DNA of 64,000 nucleotides from Acidobacteriota bacterium (lineage in GTDB: Bacteria; Acidobacteriota; Blastocatellia; RBC074): assembly GCA_022072205.1 (NCBI GenBank), contig JAJVID010000137.1, forward strand, positions 12,331-76,330. Direction: 5' to 3'. Within the stretch, counting starts at the first letter, position 1. Every line of letters starts with the position of its first letter. Position numbers and translations under genes: made by a program. The notes beneath the pieces are model-generated. The model was given only the letters and a program-made list of their open reading frames with translations, was not told the origin of the DNA and ran no database searches. Below are positions 34,401-43,200 of this stretch, piece by piece.

Positions 34401-35045
34401 TTCCTGCACGGTATCGAGTCCCGGTTGCACGCGCGCGATGCCCCCGCCGAAGCGATCAACCAACGAAACACCGTCTATCGTAATTTCCAACGACCCGACT
34501 TTCAGCCCGTTGACCCGCGCATTGCCGCCGCCTTCAATGCCGGGAGTGAGATCGAACAGGGTGCTGATGTTGCGCCCATTGAGCGGCAGTTGCCGAATGC
34601 GCTGATAGTCCTTGATGTCGGCCACTTCGGAGCTTTCGGTTTGCACGAGCGGCGCGGCGTCCGTCACCGTGATCGTTTCCTGCGCCGAACCGATTACCAA
34701 CACGGCATCCAGCGTAGCCTGTTCCCCCACTTGCACGGATAGCTTGCTCTCCCACTTCTTGAATCCCGGGGCCTCGATCACCAGCACATAATCCCCAATC
34801 GGAACCGAGCTGAAATAGTAACCGCCATACTCATTCGTACTCGCTTTGCGCGTGATACTGGTGGCGGTGTGAGTGAGATTGACGATTGCGTTGCGGATCA
34901 CCGCATTGTTCGCGTCGCGCGCCGTGCCCGTCACCGTGCCCAAACCTGTTTGAGCGAAAGCGGATGGAGCCAACAGCAAAAGAACGGCGGCAAATAAATA
35001 GACGGCGTGGAACCGCCTGATTCCTATGAGCTTTAGACCCTTCAT
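31407..35045 (-). CDS. TonB-dependent outer-membrane receptor with N-terminal carboxypeptidase-regulatory-like domain
   Basis: ORF trimmed to ATG 35045 (ggagg RBS; MKGLKLIGIRRFHAVYLFAAVLLLLAPSAFAQ signal). GTVTGTARD...GDYVLVIEAPGFKK CarbopepD_reg-like domain, plug region, long beta-barrel ending ...LSLRVEW. Confidence 0.85.
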   Translation of the reverse strand: MKGLKLIGIRRFHAVYLFAAVLLLLAPSAFAQTGLGTVTGTARDANNAVIRNAIVNLTHTATSITRKASTNEYGGYYFSSVPIGDYVLVIEAPGFKKWESKLSVQVGEQATLDAVLVIGSAQETITVTDAAPLVQTESSEVADIKDYQRIRQLPLNGRNISTLFDLTPGIEGGGNARVNGLKVGSLEITIDGVSLVDRFGGGIARVQPGLDTVQEFRVETVGSDARYSRPATVILATRSGTNQFHGSAFETHRNNSAGLQARRRETAVGTKPPQLIRNEFGISAGGPLWLPKSVFGPLGHDGRNKTFWFAAYEGLRSRESRITDYRQTPTAAMWAGDLSNRVDENGIKTIIYDPLTTDANGVRQPFPNNQIPANRISPFAKVMQSLTATPLNNLNPYLADNFVKFYPRKFDDNKITVRADHHFSENDTLSARWTRSTRKAATEGGVYGNPINTEAGLGTGRQDVNVNNLSITQTHTFSPTLVNELLIGAHRTYNSSGTLADFEDWPKRLGLPNPFGVTGWPTIYDDWFGWDSDNRNDQGLTGGVLEDNVTWNKGTHTINFGGKYRREWNNVRELQQAQGSHDISGDWTALYSPTDDAAVPYTGSGFASLLLGLPTYLSNQYNRGYFYFRQSEKGFYFTDRWKATQRLTLTLGLRWDNWTPYREKFNRLVTTDLDSFVGKFEVLTPGNHRIQDLRGIPPSVLASWSARGMTYTTANAANYPENLFRPDSNNFGPRIGVAYRLGNKMVLRGSYGEYFWTMQLAQLLQGARTNPPLNLRFVNRAVDKNATLNYPLIAKPVASDFIGVIKVDTEGIVPISPSAAVMRAWDGRNWKDGRAQSWHVSLERELPFQTALRVSYIGEHGRDLEQRVSVNPREGEYTYVSRTKQAQPSNRDLLRANPDWNFNGAMNRSGYSNTHSGQVELERRFSQGLAFQWFYTFTSSLTTTDANGFSSGGSNINSGGLGGEVPENIQLFGAPNLSYEERLRLVYFRSTAVPMHRIRYNAIVDLPFGRGKKFGGDVSGFANQIIGGWQVAAIGDWRSGLRMSAAAGLYQFGDITIDADQRPEMNIFGLRQRLWFRGDFNPASATSVTGGNLAALVPLDRGQRVARPLGPNFNNQIPVTLANGTVRNVPIGDLYNYSPRANIIGPGFWNADISLFKNFRFREQGNIRFTADFFNAFNHPVDVAPNATTGLQNLGVQSNDPRTIQLSLRVEW

Positions 35046-35157
35046 TGCATACCTCCATTGGAGAGTGTGGAATTGCGCCTTCCCAGGAAGCGCGCGCATG
35101 CTTGCGCTTTCTGGCGAGGCGCAACTCCGAATGTTTTTTGAATGCCCCTGTCCGCAG

Positions 35158-36390
35158 TTACCAGCCGAGACTCGGCGCCGAAAAAGCGCGCGCCAGAACC
35201 AGCGCAATCGCCCCGGCCAGACTCGGATTGTCCCCCAGGGTGGAGGGAGTGATTGTGACGTGACTTGAAAAAAAGCGTGAGACCTGGGCGGCCAGCACGC
35301 GACGGATTTCGGGATAAATGATTTCCCAGGCTTTGGTAATCGCGCCGCCGAGCACGATCACGCCCGGATTGATCGAGTAGATGATCGGGATCAACCCGCG
35401 CCCCAGATAATTTGCCGTTTGCCGCAACGCCTCGATCGCTCGCGGATTGCCAGCGGCGGCGCGCGTTATCAATTCCTCAATCGTGACTGCGCCTTCCGCT
35501 TCATCCGGACGGCCTTCGGCGCGGCATAATTCACGATAACGCGAGATGGTTGCCTGATCGGACGCCAGGACTTCCAGGCATCCGCGCGCGCCGCAACTGC
35601 ACGGCGGCCCTGATTGATCCAGCGAGATGTGGCCGAACTCACCCGCGCCATTCATCGAGCCGTGATAAAGCTGGCCCTGAATCATGATCCCAGCGCCCAC
35701 GCCGTCAGTGATTTCCAGAAAAACCAGATCCTGAGGCTGCCGCGAGGCGTGCGCGCCCAGCCAGATTTCCGCCAACGCCGCCAGCCGCGAACCGTTGTCG
35801 AAATAGAGCGGCATATCCAGATTCAGCGCGTTTCGCAAAATCGAACCGACCAGCACGTCGTCGCCCCAGCCCAGGCTGTCAGCCGCCAGCATGCGTCCTT
35901 CCTTCGTATCCACCAGACCGATGAGGCTGACGCCTATTCCGTTGACGCGATCTTTTGGCAGGTCGGTTTGCAGTAGCTTCTTGACGCTGCGGGCGACCGC
36001 TTCCAGCGTTTGTTGCGGATCGGAAGTGTTTTCGACGCTTAGTCGGCGCAGTATCCGCCCCGAAAAATCGCTCGCCGCGACCGTGTGCCTTCTCGGACTG
36101 AGATCAACGCCAATCGCGTATGCCTTCTCAGGATTCAAATGCAGAAAGCGTTTTTTGCGCCCGCCTTGCGGCGAGGCTGAACCGAGGCCGTCTTCGTAAA
36201 CGAACTCGTTTTCCAGCAACCGGGTCACGATCTTCGATACCGTCGAACCTTCCAGCCCCGTGTGCTCGGCAATATCAATGCGCGAAATCGGCTGGCGCTC
36301 GCGCACCTGGTTAAGCACCAGAATCTCGTTCATATCGCGCAATGTCTGGTGCGTAGCCCGCCCCGCTTTATGCAGATTGATCTTTTTCAT
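35158..36390 (-). CDS. ROK-family transcriptional regulator (NagC/XylR-like)
   Basis: N-terminal wHTH (ILVLNQVRERQPISRIDIAEHTGLEGSTVSKIV), ROK body, and Zn motif CSCGARGCLE. Start ATG 36390 is preferred over TTG 36432. Confidence 0.8.
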   Translation of the reverse strand: MKKINLHKAGRATHQTLRDMNEILVLNQVRERQPISRIDIAEHTGLEGSTVSKIVTRLLENEFVYEDGLGSASPQGGRKKRFLHLNPEKAYAIGVDLSPRRHTVAASDFSGRILRRLSVENTSDPQQTLEAVARSVKKLLQTDLPKDRVNGIGVSLIGLVDTKEGRMLAADSLGWGDDVLVGSILRNALNLDMPLYFDNGSRLAALAEIWLGAHASRQPQDLVFLEITDGVGAGIMIQGQLYHGSMNGAGEFGHISLDQSGPPCSCGARGCLEVLASDQATISRYRELCRAEGRPDEAEGAVTIEELITRAAAGNPRAIEALRQTANYLGRGLIPIIYSINPGVIVLGGAITKAWEIIYPEIRRVLAAQVSRFFSSHVTITPSTLGDNPSLAGAIALVLARAFSAPSLGW

Positions 36391-36448
36391 CCTTAATCTT
36401 TCGGCAATCAATCTTTCTTTCGGTTCCAGCAAAGCTAATTTTTTGGTT

Positions 36449-36462
36449 GGTTAGTTGATGTC
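36449..36462. promoter_or_regulatory. Left arm of a 13-bp perfect inverted repeat bracketing the ROK/M20 divergent control region
   Basis: gttagttgatgtc (36450..36462) is the exact reverse complement of gacatcaactaac (36589..36601). Confidence 0.45.
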
Positions 36463-36548
36463 GCGCGGACTGTAACCCAGCGCGCAAAAATCTGTCAAGC
36501 ACAATATGAGAATTTTACTAAGCCGGTATCAAATTGATTTTATTATCT

Positions 36549-36576
36549 TTGACATTTATAGCGCGTTGTCTATAAT
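36549..36576 (+). promoter_or_regulatory. Near-consensus sigma-70-type promoter for the M20 peptidase operon
   Basis: TTGACA (36549..36554), 16-nt spacer, TATAAT (36571..36576). The ATG is at 36630. Confidence 0.5.
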
Positions 36577-36588
36577 TGCTTCCAGTCA

Positions 36589-36601
36589 GACATCAACTAA
36601 C
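36589..36601. promoter_or_regulatory. Right arm of the 13-bp inverted repeat (candidate ROK operator half)
   Basis: gacatcaactaac lies 12 nt downstream of the putative -10 box. Confidence 0.45.
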
Positions 36602-36629
36602 GCTTAATCAAACAGAAAGGTTAACTTTA

Positions 36630-37946
36630 ATGAGCACCGGGGAGTTCATCCAGCGTGGGACGTCGGAAGATCGCGTGTCGAAAACCACTGGCGCATTGCG
36701 CGAGCGTCTGGTGAAGACGCTCACGGAACTTGTCCAGATCCCATCGGAAAACACGCCGCCGACCGGCAGCGAGTTGGGTTGCCAGCAATATGTTCACGAA
36801 CGGCTGAGCGGCCTGGGATTGAAGTCCGAGATGTACGACATCAGGGATGTGCCGGGATTGACTGAACACACCGCGTTCCGGCACGAACGCGATTACGCCG
36901 GCCGGCCCAACGTCGCCGCGCTCTGGCAAGGAAGTGGGGGCGGCAGATCGCTACTGCTTTCAGGCCACATAGACACCGTGCCGCGCGGCTCCGCCCGTTG
37001 GAGCCGCGACCCTTTCGGAGCGGCCATCGAGGGCAACCGTCTTTACGGACTTGGCTCGAACGATATGAAAGGCGGGATCGCGGCGATGCTCGTGGCCGTT
37101 GAGGCTCTCAAAGAAGCCGGTGTGAAACTGCGCGGCGATCTGCTGGTCGAGACCATCGTTGATGAAGAGTTCGGCGGCGTCAACGGCACGCTTGCCGGGC
37201 GCTTGCGCGGCCATAACGCCGATGCGGCCATCATTACCGAACCGAGCCAGCAGATGATTTGCCCCGCCCAGACGGGCGGGCGCACCGCGCACATCACTTT
37301 GCATGCCGAAAACGCCGGGATTCTAGGCGCCGGCCCGCCGCCACCGGCGGTCGCTGACCAGATTCAGTATCTTCTAGGCCAAATCAAGAGCTTTGCCAGA
37401 CAACGAAAAGAAAAGGCGCCTGTTCACAACCTCTATGCCGGCGGCTATGATCCTGTTCCCGTCTGGGTCACTAAAATTCACAGCGGCGGATGGGGAATGA
37501 ACGAGCCGATCACGCTGCCCACAATCTGCCGCATAGAGCTTTACTGGCAAAGCATGCCGGGCGAAGAGCTTGAAGCGATAGACCGTGAGTTCTTCGCTTG
37601 GTTCGAGCAATCAATCGCGGCGCGAGCCGACCTGTTCACGATCAAGCCAGAGATCAACTTTCCGATTGAATTCCTGCCCGGCTCGGCGATTGATCCACGG
37701 CAGGCGGTTGTTACGGAGCTTTCTGAAACTTTCCAGCAAGTCACGGGCGCTGAGCCGTTGGTGCGCGGCATCGGCGGGCCATGCGATATGTTCGTTTTCC
37801 ATCGGCACTTCGGCTCGCCCGCGCTGCTGTTCGGTCCGCGCGGCGGCAATACGCACAACCCGGACGAATGGGTTGATCTTGATTCGGCGCAGGCGACGAT
37901 GGAAACGCTGGCCGAGTTTATCTGTCGCTGGTGCGAAACGGAATGA
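36630..37946 (+). CDS. M20-family metallohydrolase (ArgE/DapE-like deacylase)
   Basis: ORF trimmed to ATG 36630. SGHIDTVP and GLGSNDMKGG motifs, with a dimerisation-domain-sized insert. Confidence 0.8.
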   Translation: MSTGEFIQRGTSEDRVSKTTGALRERLVKTLTELVQIPSENTPPTGSELGCQQYVHERLSGLGLKSEMYDIRDVPGLTEHTAFRHERDYAGRPNVAALWQGSGGGRSLLLSGHIDTVPRGSARWSRDPFGAAIEGNRLYGLGSNDMKGGIAAMLVAVEALKEAGVKLRGDLLVETIVDEEFGGVNGTLAGRLRGHNADAAIITEPSQQMICPAQTGGRTAHITLHAENAGILGAGPPPPAVADQIQYLLGQIKSFARQRKEKAPVHNLYAGGYDPVPVWVTKIHSGGWGMNEPITLPTICRIELYWQSMPGEELEAIDREFFAWFEQSIAARADLFTIKPEINFPIEFLPGSAIDPRQAVVTELSETFQQVTGAEPLVRGIGGPCDMFVFHRHFGSPALLFGPRGGNTHNPDEWVDLDSAQATMETLAEFICRWCETE

Positions 37947-37967
37947 GTTAGTTCATGGAGAATCAAT

Positions 37968-40001
37968 ATGCTTCTGACCAGACGAGAACTGATTCGGCAA
38001 ACCGCCGCCGTCGCGGCTTCAGCTTTTTGTCCGGCGCATCACTTTGGCGGCGCTCTGTCAATTCCACCGCCTGTTCCCCAAAACCTTCCCGGAGACCGGA
38101 GCATTCGCCAATACCTCGCCGCTCGCGCCGCTGAACTCGAACGCGAGTTTCTGCCGGGGATCAACCGGGCCGAGGATTTCGAGAAGATTCGCCCGGCGCT
38201 GCGCGAAGACCTCTTCGATATGATCGGGCTGAAGCCGATGCCCGAACGAACCCCGCTCAACGCGACGGTCACCGGCAAAGTCGAACGGCCCGGATACACA
38301 ATCGAGAAGCTTCATTTTCAAAGCCTGCCTGGTTTATATGTCACGGCCAATCTCTATCTTCCTGGTGGGGAGGCCCGCCCCGCCAACGGACGCTATCCAA
38401 CGATCCTTTATCAGGTCGGGCATTCCAGCCAGCACCCCCGCGACGGCAATAAGGCCGCGCCCTATTGCCTGCAACAAGGAATCTGGTTCGCCACGCACGG
38501 TTACGCGGCGCTGGTGATGGACACGATTGAGCTGAGCGAGATCGCGGGACTGCATCGCGGGTTGCTCCGTGGAGGGCGTTGGTGGTGGCATTCGACGGGC
38601 TACACGCCGGCCGGCGTCGAGACCTGGAACGCGATGCGCGCGATTGATTATCTCGTTTCGCGGCCTGAGGTGGACGCCGACCGGATCGGAGCCACAGGCA
38701 TTTCGGGCGGCGGGATCGGGACGTTCTGGATCGCGGCGGCGGATGACCGGGTGAAAGCCGCCGCGTCGGTGAGCGGGATGGGCGATCTGACTTTTTACGC
38801 AGGCGAAGACGGCATCAGCCGCCATTGTGACTGCTTCTTCCTTTACAACCGCGCGCGCTGGAACTGGACAACGATCTGTTCACTGGTCTGCCCGCGACCG
38901 TTGCTGTTCGTCAATTCGGACAACGACGTTTACTTTCCGATGCCCGGCAACGAGCGAGTGAGCGCCAGGCTCGAAAGGATCTATTCGCTGTTTGGCGCGA
39001 GCGATCAGGTTGACTCGGTGATCAGCGTGGGCGGGCACGCTTACCGCACGGACATCCGCCGCGCCGTCTACGAATTTTTCAATCGCCATCTGAAAGGCGA
39101 TGCGCGGCGCGTGGTTGATCCCGACGCTGGAACTAACGCCGACGGCTCGCCCGCGCTCGAACGCAAACTGCTCCGCGTCTTTCCCGAAGACACCGACTTT
39201 CCGAAGAATCACATCAACGCGAAGATTGATGAGCTGTTCGTCACGCTGGCAAAACCCGCGGCGCCTGCGGCGGGAAGGTTCGAGGTGTGGCGGCGGGATT
39301 TGCTGGATCGTCTGCGCCAGGCGGCGTTTGCGGCCTGGCCCGTGACGGCGCCTGCGGCATACGCGCCCACTTTGGGCGCCGAACCGAGATCGGAGACAGA
39401 AACCACCGAAGACGGGATAGAGGTTTACTGGCGCTGGGCGCCGGGCAAAGATTCGGAGAGCGCGCCCTGGCTGATCGTGCTCAACCCCGATGAAGATTTG
39501 GCGAAGCTGCCGGAATGGGCGCGCGGCGTTGTCGGAGGCGGTTCCGCGTTGTTGCTCAGTCCGCGAGGCGCGGGGCCTGGCGGTTGGACGCGAGGCAAGT
39601 TTCCGAATGCGATTGAACGTTCGATGGCGTTGCTGGGCGGCACGGTTGATGGCGGGCGCGTCTGGGACGTGATGACTGTCGCCGGTCGTCGCGCTGGCGT
39701 TCGCTGGCGCGCCGCCGGTCATGGCCACGCGGGGATTCTGGCCGCATACGCGGCGCTGTATCAACCGGCCATTGAATCGGTAGTCGCGGTTGATCCACCC
39801 GCTTCGCATCGTCCCGGAACGGCAGGCGAAGAGTATGGCCCGGCGCTGCTGAATGTTCTTCGTGTGATGGATATTCCCGAAGCTCTCGGATGCCTTGCGC
39901 CTCGCCGGCTCACGCTCGTCGGCGCGAACGACTCCGCTTTTGATCGAACCTCAGCGATCTATCGTTTGGCGGGGACCGCTGATCGTTTTGAAAGAAGATA
40001 A
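37968..40001 (+). CDS. Tat-exported two-domain alpha/beta hydrolase (catalytic + pseudo-hydrolase domain)
   Basis: 677 aa. MLLTRRELIRQTAAVAASAF leader. GYTIEKLHFQSLPGLYVTANLYLP, GISGGG elbow, NSDNDVYF, GGHAYR. The C-half elbow reads GHGHAG. Confidence 0.7.
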   Translation: MLLTRRELIRQTAAVAASAFCPAHHFGGALSIPPPVPQNLPGDRSIRQYLAARAAELEREFLPGINRAEDFEKIRPALREDLFDMIGLKPMPERTPLNATVTGKVERPGYTIEKLHFQSLPGLYVTANLYLPGGEARPANGRYPTILYQVGHSSQHPRDGNKAAPYCLQQGIWFATHGYAALVMDTIELSEIAGLHRGLLRGGRWWWHSTGYTPAGVETWNAMRAIDYLVSRPEVDADRIGATGISGGGIGTFWIAAADDRVKAAASVSGMGDLTFYAGEDGISRHCDCFFLYNRARWNWTTICSLVCPRPLLFVNSDNDVYFPMPGNERVSARLERIYSLFGASDQVDSVISVGGHAYRTDIRRAVYEFFNRHLKGDARRVVDPDAGTNADGSPALERKLLRVFPEDTDFPKNHINAKIDELFVTLAKPAAPAAGRFEVWRRDLLDRLRQAAFAAWPVTAPAAYAPTLGAEPRSETETTEDGIEVYWRWAPGKDSESAPWLIVLNPDEDLAKLPEWARGVVGGGSALLLSPRGAGPGGWTRGKFPNAIERSMALLGGTVDGGRVWDVMTVAGRRAGVRWRAAGHGHAGILAAYAALYQPAIESVVAVDPPASHRPGTAGEEYGPALLNVLRVMDIPEALGCLAPRRLTLVGANDSAFDRTSAIYRLAGTADRFERR

Positions 40002-40003
40002 AG

Positions 40004-40238
40004 GTAACTGCTCAGCCCTCTTCGTCCCAGCGGGACGGTTTGATTTTAGGCAGGTCGTTTACGGCCTGCATGCAAAGGCAAACGATTTTCACGTCGCGTA
40101 GCGACGGTTGAGACCAGCATCACAATTGATTCAATCGTCGCTATGCGACGAAATATATTCTCTGGCGTCTCAAGCAGGCCGTAAACGACCTGCCTAAAAT
40201 CAAACCGTCGCTACGCGACGAAGAGGCTAAGCAGTTAC
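40004..40238. repeat. 235-bp MITE-like element with about 65-bp terminal inverted repeats and GTAACTGCTCAG termini
   Basis: The left arm 40004..40069 and the reverse complement of 40174..40238 are near-identical, with the inner 35 nt perfect. It contains four CGTCGC-NNN-GCGACG mini hairpins (40023, 40092, 40136, 40206). It starts 3 nt after a stop codon. Confidence 0.8.
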
Positions 40239-40280
40239 AAGAAGAGTTTCATTTTTTAACTGCTGAAGTCAGGAGACGAA

Positions 40281-43200
40281 ATGATTCTTTCTGCTCAAGC
40301 GTGGCGGCTGTTCCTACTCAGCCTTTTCATCAATGCGCTGGCGACCGGCGTCTTCTGCGCCGAGCTTGAAGTCTTCGCCTCTTTTGAGAATCAGGCGGAA
40401 GTCGACGCAGTTCGTGGCTCTGACGGTGTAAAGATCAACGCTTCAACACGCTTCCCTGCCTGGGACGGGAATTCTCTGGAGGTGATCTTTCCGGCGAGCG
40501 GCGGAAGGATCGAGACGGCAAAGATTCCCAACGACTGGCGGCGGCATGAATCGCTGTTGATCTACGTCTGGAGCCTTCAACCGGCGGAATTGAAGCTCAG
40601 GCTGCGCGACGCGCGCGGCGGATCGTTCGATCATACGTTTGCGCTGCGAACCGGCGTCAATCATTTACAGCTTCGCCTTTCTCGCGCGAGCGCCCTAGCG
40701 CTTGGAGAGATGCGCGCGCTCTCGCTCGAAACCAGCCGGGGCGGGACGTTCTATTTCGATTATTTCGCGCTCGACCGGTTCCATCCCGTCCTCGAAGAGC
40801 GCGGGAGATGGGATATTGATTATTCGATGGCGGTGGAAACGCCTCACCTTCAGTGGGCCAGACCATTCGCCGGAGGACGCATCAAGGTCTGGGCGCTCGC
40901 CGAGGTCGCGGATGGACGCGGCGTCGTTGAACTGGCCCAGCGGATGGAGATGGATTTCAAGGCGACCTCCATCGGCCGCCGGCCTGGTCTCAACAAATGG
41001 GGCTTCGGCGATTTTTACGAACAGCGGGCCAGCGGCGGAGAAGACTGGAAGCACGCATACAGCCTTGCGCACAGCTACATCGCGGACGATCTGCTCAATG
41101 GCCCGGAATACGATGTCATCCTGTGGCCGGGTATCCACCCCTGGGAAAGTTATCCGGTCGAAATTCGCGACGAGATTCGCAGGCGCGTCGAACGCGGCGC
41201 GGGCCTGGTGCTTTTTTATCCGAATGGCGGCGAGTTGAGAGATCTATCGCCGCTTCGCCCAAAGCAACCGCCGGGTTCCGAAGCCGACCGCAGCGAGTGG
41301 AAACGAACGTCCGATCATTACATCACGCGCGGCGTCCCGCTCGAGGCTTTCCCCTGGGGGCAAATACGCGTCGCCGGATTTGAAGCGGCGGGCGACGTGT
41401 TGCTGAAGACGGCGCAGGGCGCGCCAGTCCTGGCCGTAAGCAAGCTCGGTCGAGGGCGAGTCGTAGCTTTTGGCTATCACGAGCGCGGAATGATCCCTGA
41501 CATCGAAAATGTTTTTGAGACCGGATTGCGCTACGCCTATCACGAATACCTCTGGTCGCTGGTTTCGCGCGCCGTCATCTGGGCCGCAAACCGCGAACCT
41601 CAAGCCGCAATCCGCGATCTGCAACTGTCCGCCAACAGCCTGCGCGTCACGCTCGACCGCGCGCCCGAAGGGGCCGAAGTCGGCGTCATCCTTCGCTCTC
41701 GCTTCGACGAGGCCGAAGCGACGGAACGATTGCCGGTCAACCAACAGACCGCGACGCTGACATTTCCCAAGCCCCTTTCCGGCGGGCGCCATTTCGCCGA
41801 AGCGTACTTGATCGAGAAAGGGCGCGGGATTGATTGGGCGATGCGAACGTTTGAAGTCCCCGCGCAGACCGCGATCCGCGACCTCGCGCTCGAAAGCGAC
41901 CGCGTCAAACTCGGCGCGACGGTCAATGCGCGCGTGCGGTTGCAAGCCGCAGGAGATTGCGCGATCACCGCGCGGCTCTACGACAACTACGACCGCCTGC
42001 TCGATGAGCGTCATTACCCGGTGAAAGCGCAGGGCGAAGTGGAACAGGCGATCAGCCTCACTTCGACGGGCGCGTTGACGCGTCTGGCCCGAGTGGATTG
42101 CGAGGTGTCGAGCAATGGCGTGCGCGCGGATCGCCGCATCCAGGAAGTCTTCATCCTGCAACCGCGCCAATGGGACGATTACGATATCGTGATGTACCTC
42201 TTCGGCCCCAGCCCGATCCCCGGCGTCTGGCCCGCGATTGACGCGCAGTTGAGAAGGTTGAACGTCACCACGCTTTCTTCGTACACGCTGCAACACAGCA
42301 AGCACGCCAATTACAACGTTCAGGCGCAAACTCGCATCAGCGGCCAGGAATCACCCGACGGCGCGAAACGCGCGTATTACAGCGCGATGAAGAAAAAGTA
42401 TTTTGAAACGCACGACAAAAAAGGGCTGGTGCGCGAATATTGCCTGAACGATCCGGCCTATCGCGACCTGATCCGCAACGAGCTTAAAAAACTGACTGCG
42501 CCCTGGGTTCCCTTCTCGCCGCTTTCCTATTACGTCTTCGAGGAGCCGTCGTTGACCTGCTACGAAGACGACCTCGACCTCTGCTTCTCAACGCATTGCA
42601 TGACAGCGATGCGCAAATGGCTCAAGGAGGAATACGGAACGCTCGCCGCGCTGAATAATCAATGGAGCGCGAGCTTCAGGAATTGGGACGACGTGACGCC
42701 GGACGACACTTACGAAGCGCAGGCGCGCGGCAATTATTCGTCGTGGGCAGATCATCGCACTTTCATGGAGAAGACCTACGCCGAATGTGTCGAGTTTGCG
42801 CTGGACGAATTGAAAAAGATTGACCCGCAGGCGATCTTACTCAATTCCGGCACGCAGGTTTCAGGCGCGCATAACGCCGCCGATTACAGCCGCCTGAATC
42901 AATTCACCCGGCATCTCAACGCCTACAGCGGCGGCAACCAACTCGATTTTCATCGCGCTTTCAATCCGGAGTTGAAGATTTCCGGTGGGGCGGGTTACGG
43001 CGTTCTTGGCAAGGATGTCTTCTACAACTTCTACAGCAATCTTTTCAAAGGCTCGAACGGAGGGGCCTATGTTTTCTGGCAATACTCGACGCTCGACGCT
43101 GACCTGACAATGAGCCAGAGCGGAAAGGATATGGAGCAGGGCTTTCGTGAACTGCGTGGCGAAGGAATCGGCAAGCTTGTGGGGCTGGCCGCGCCCGACA

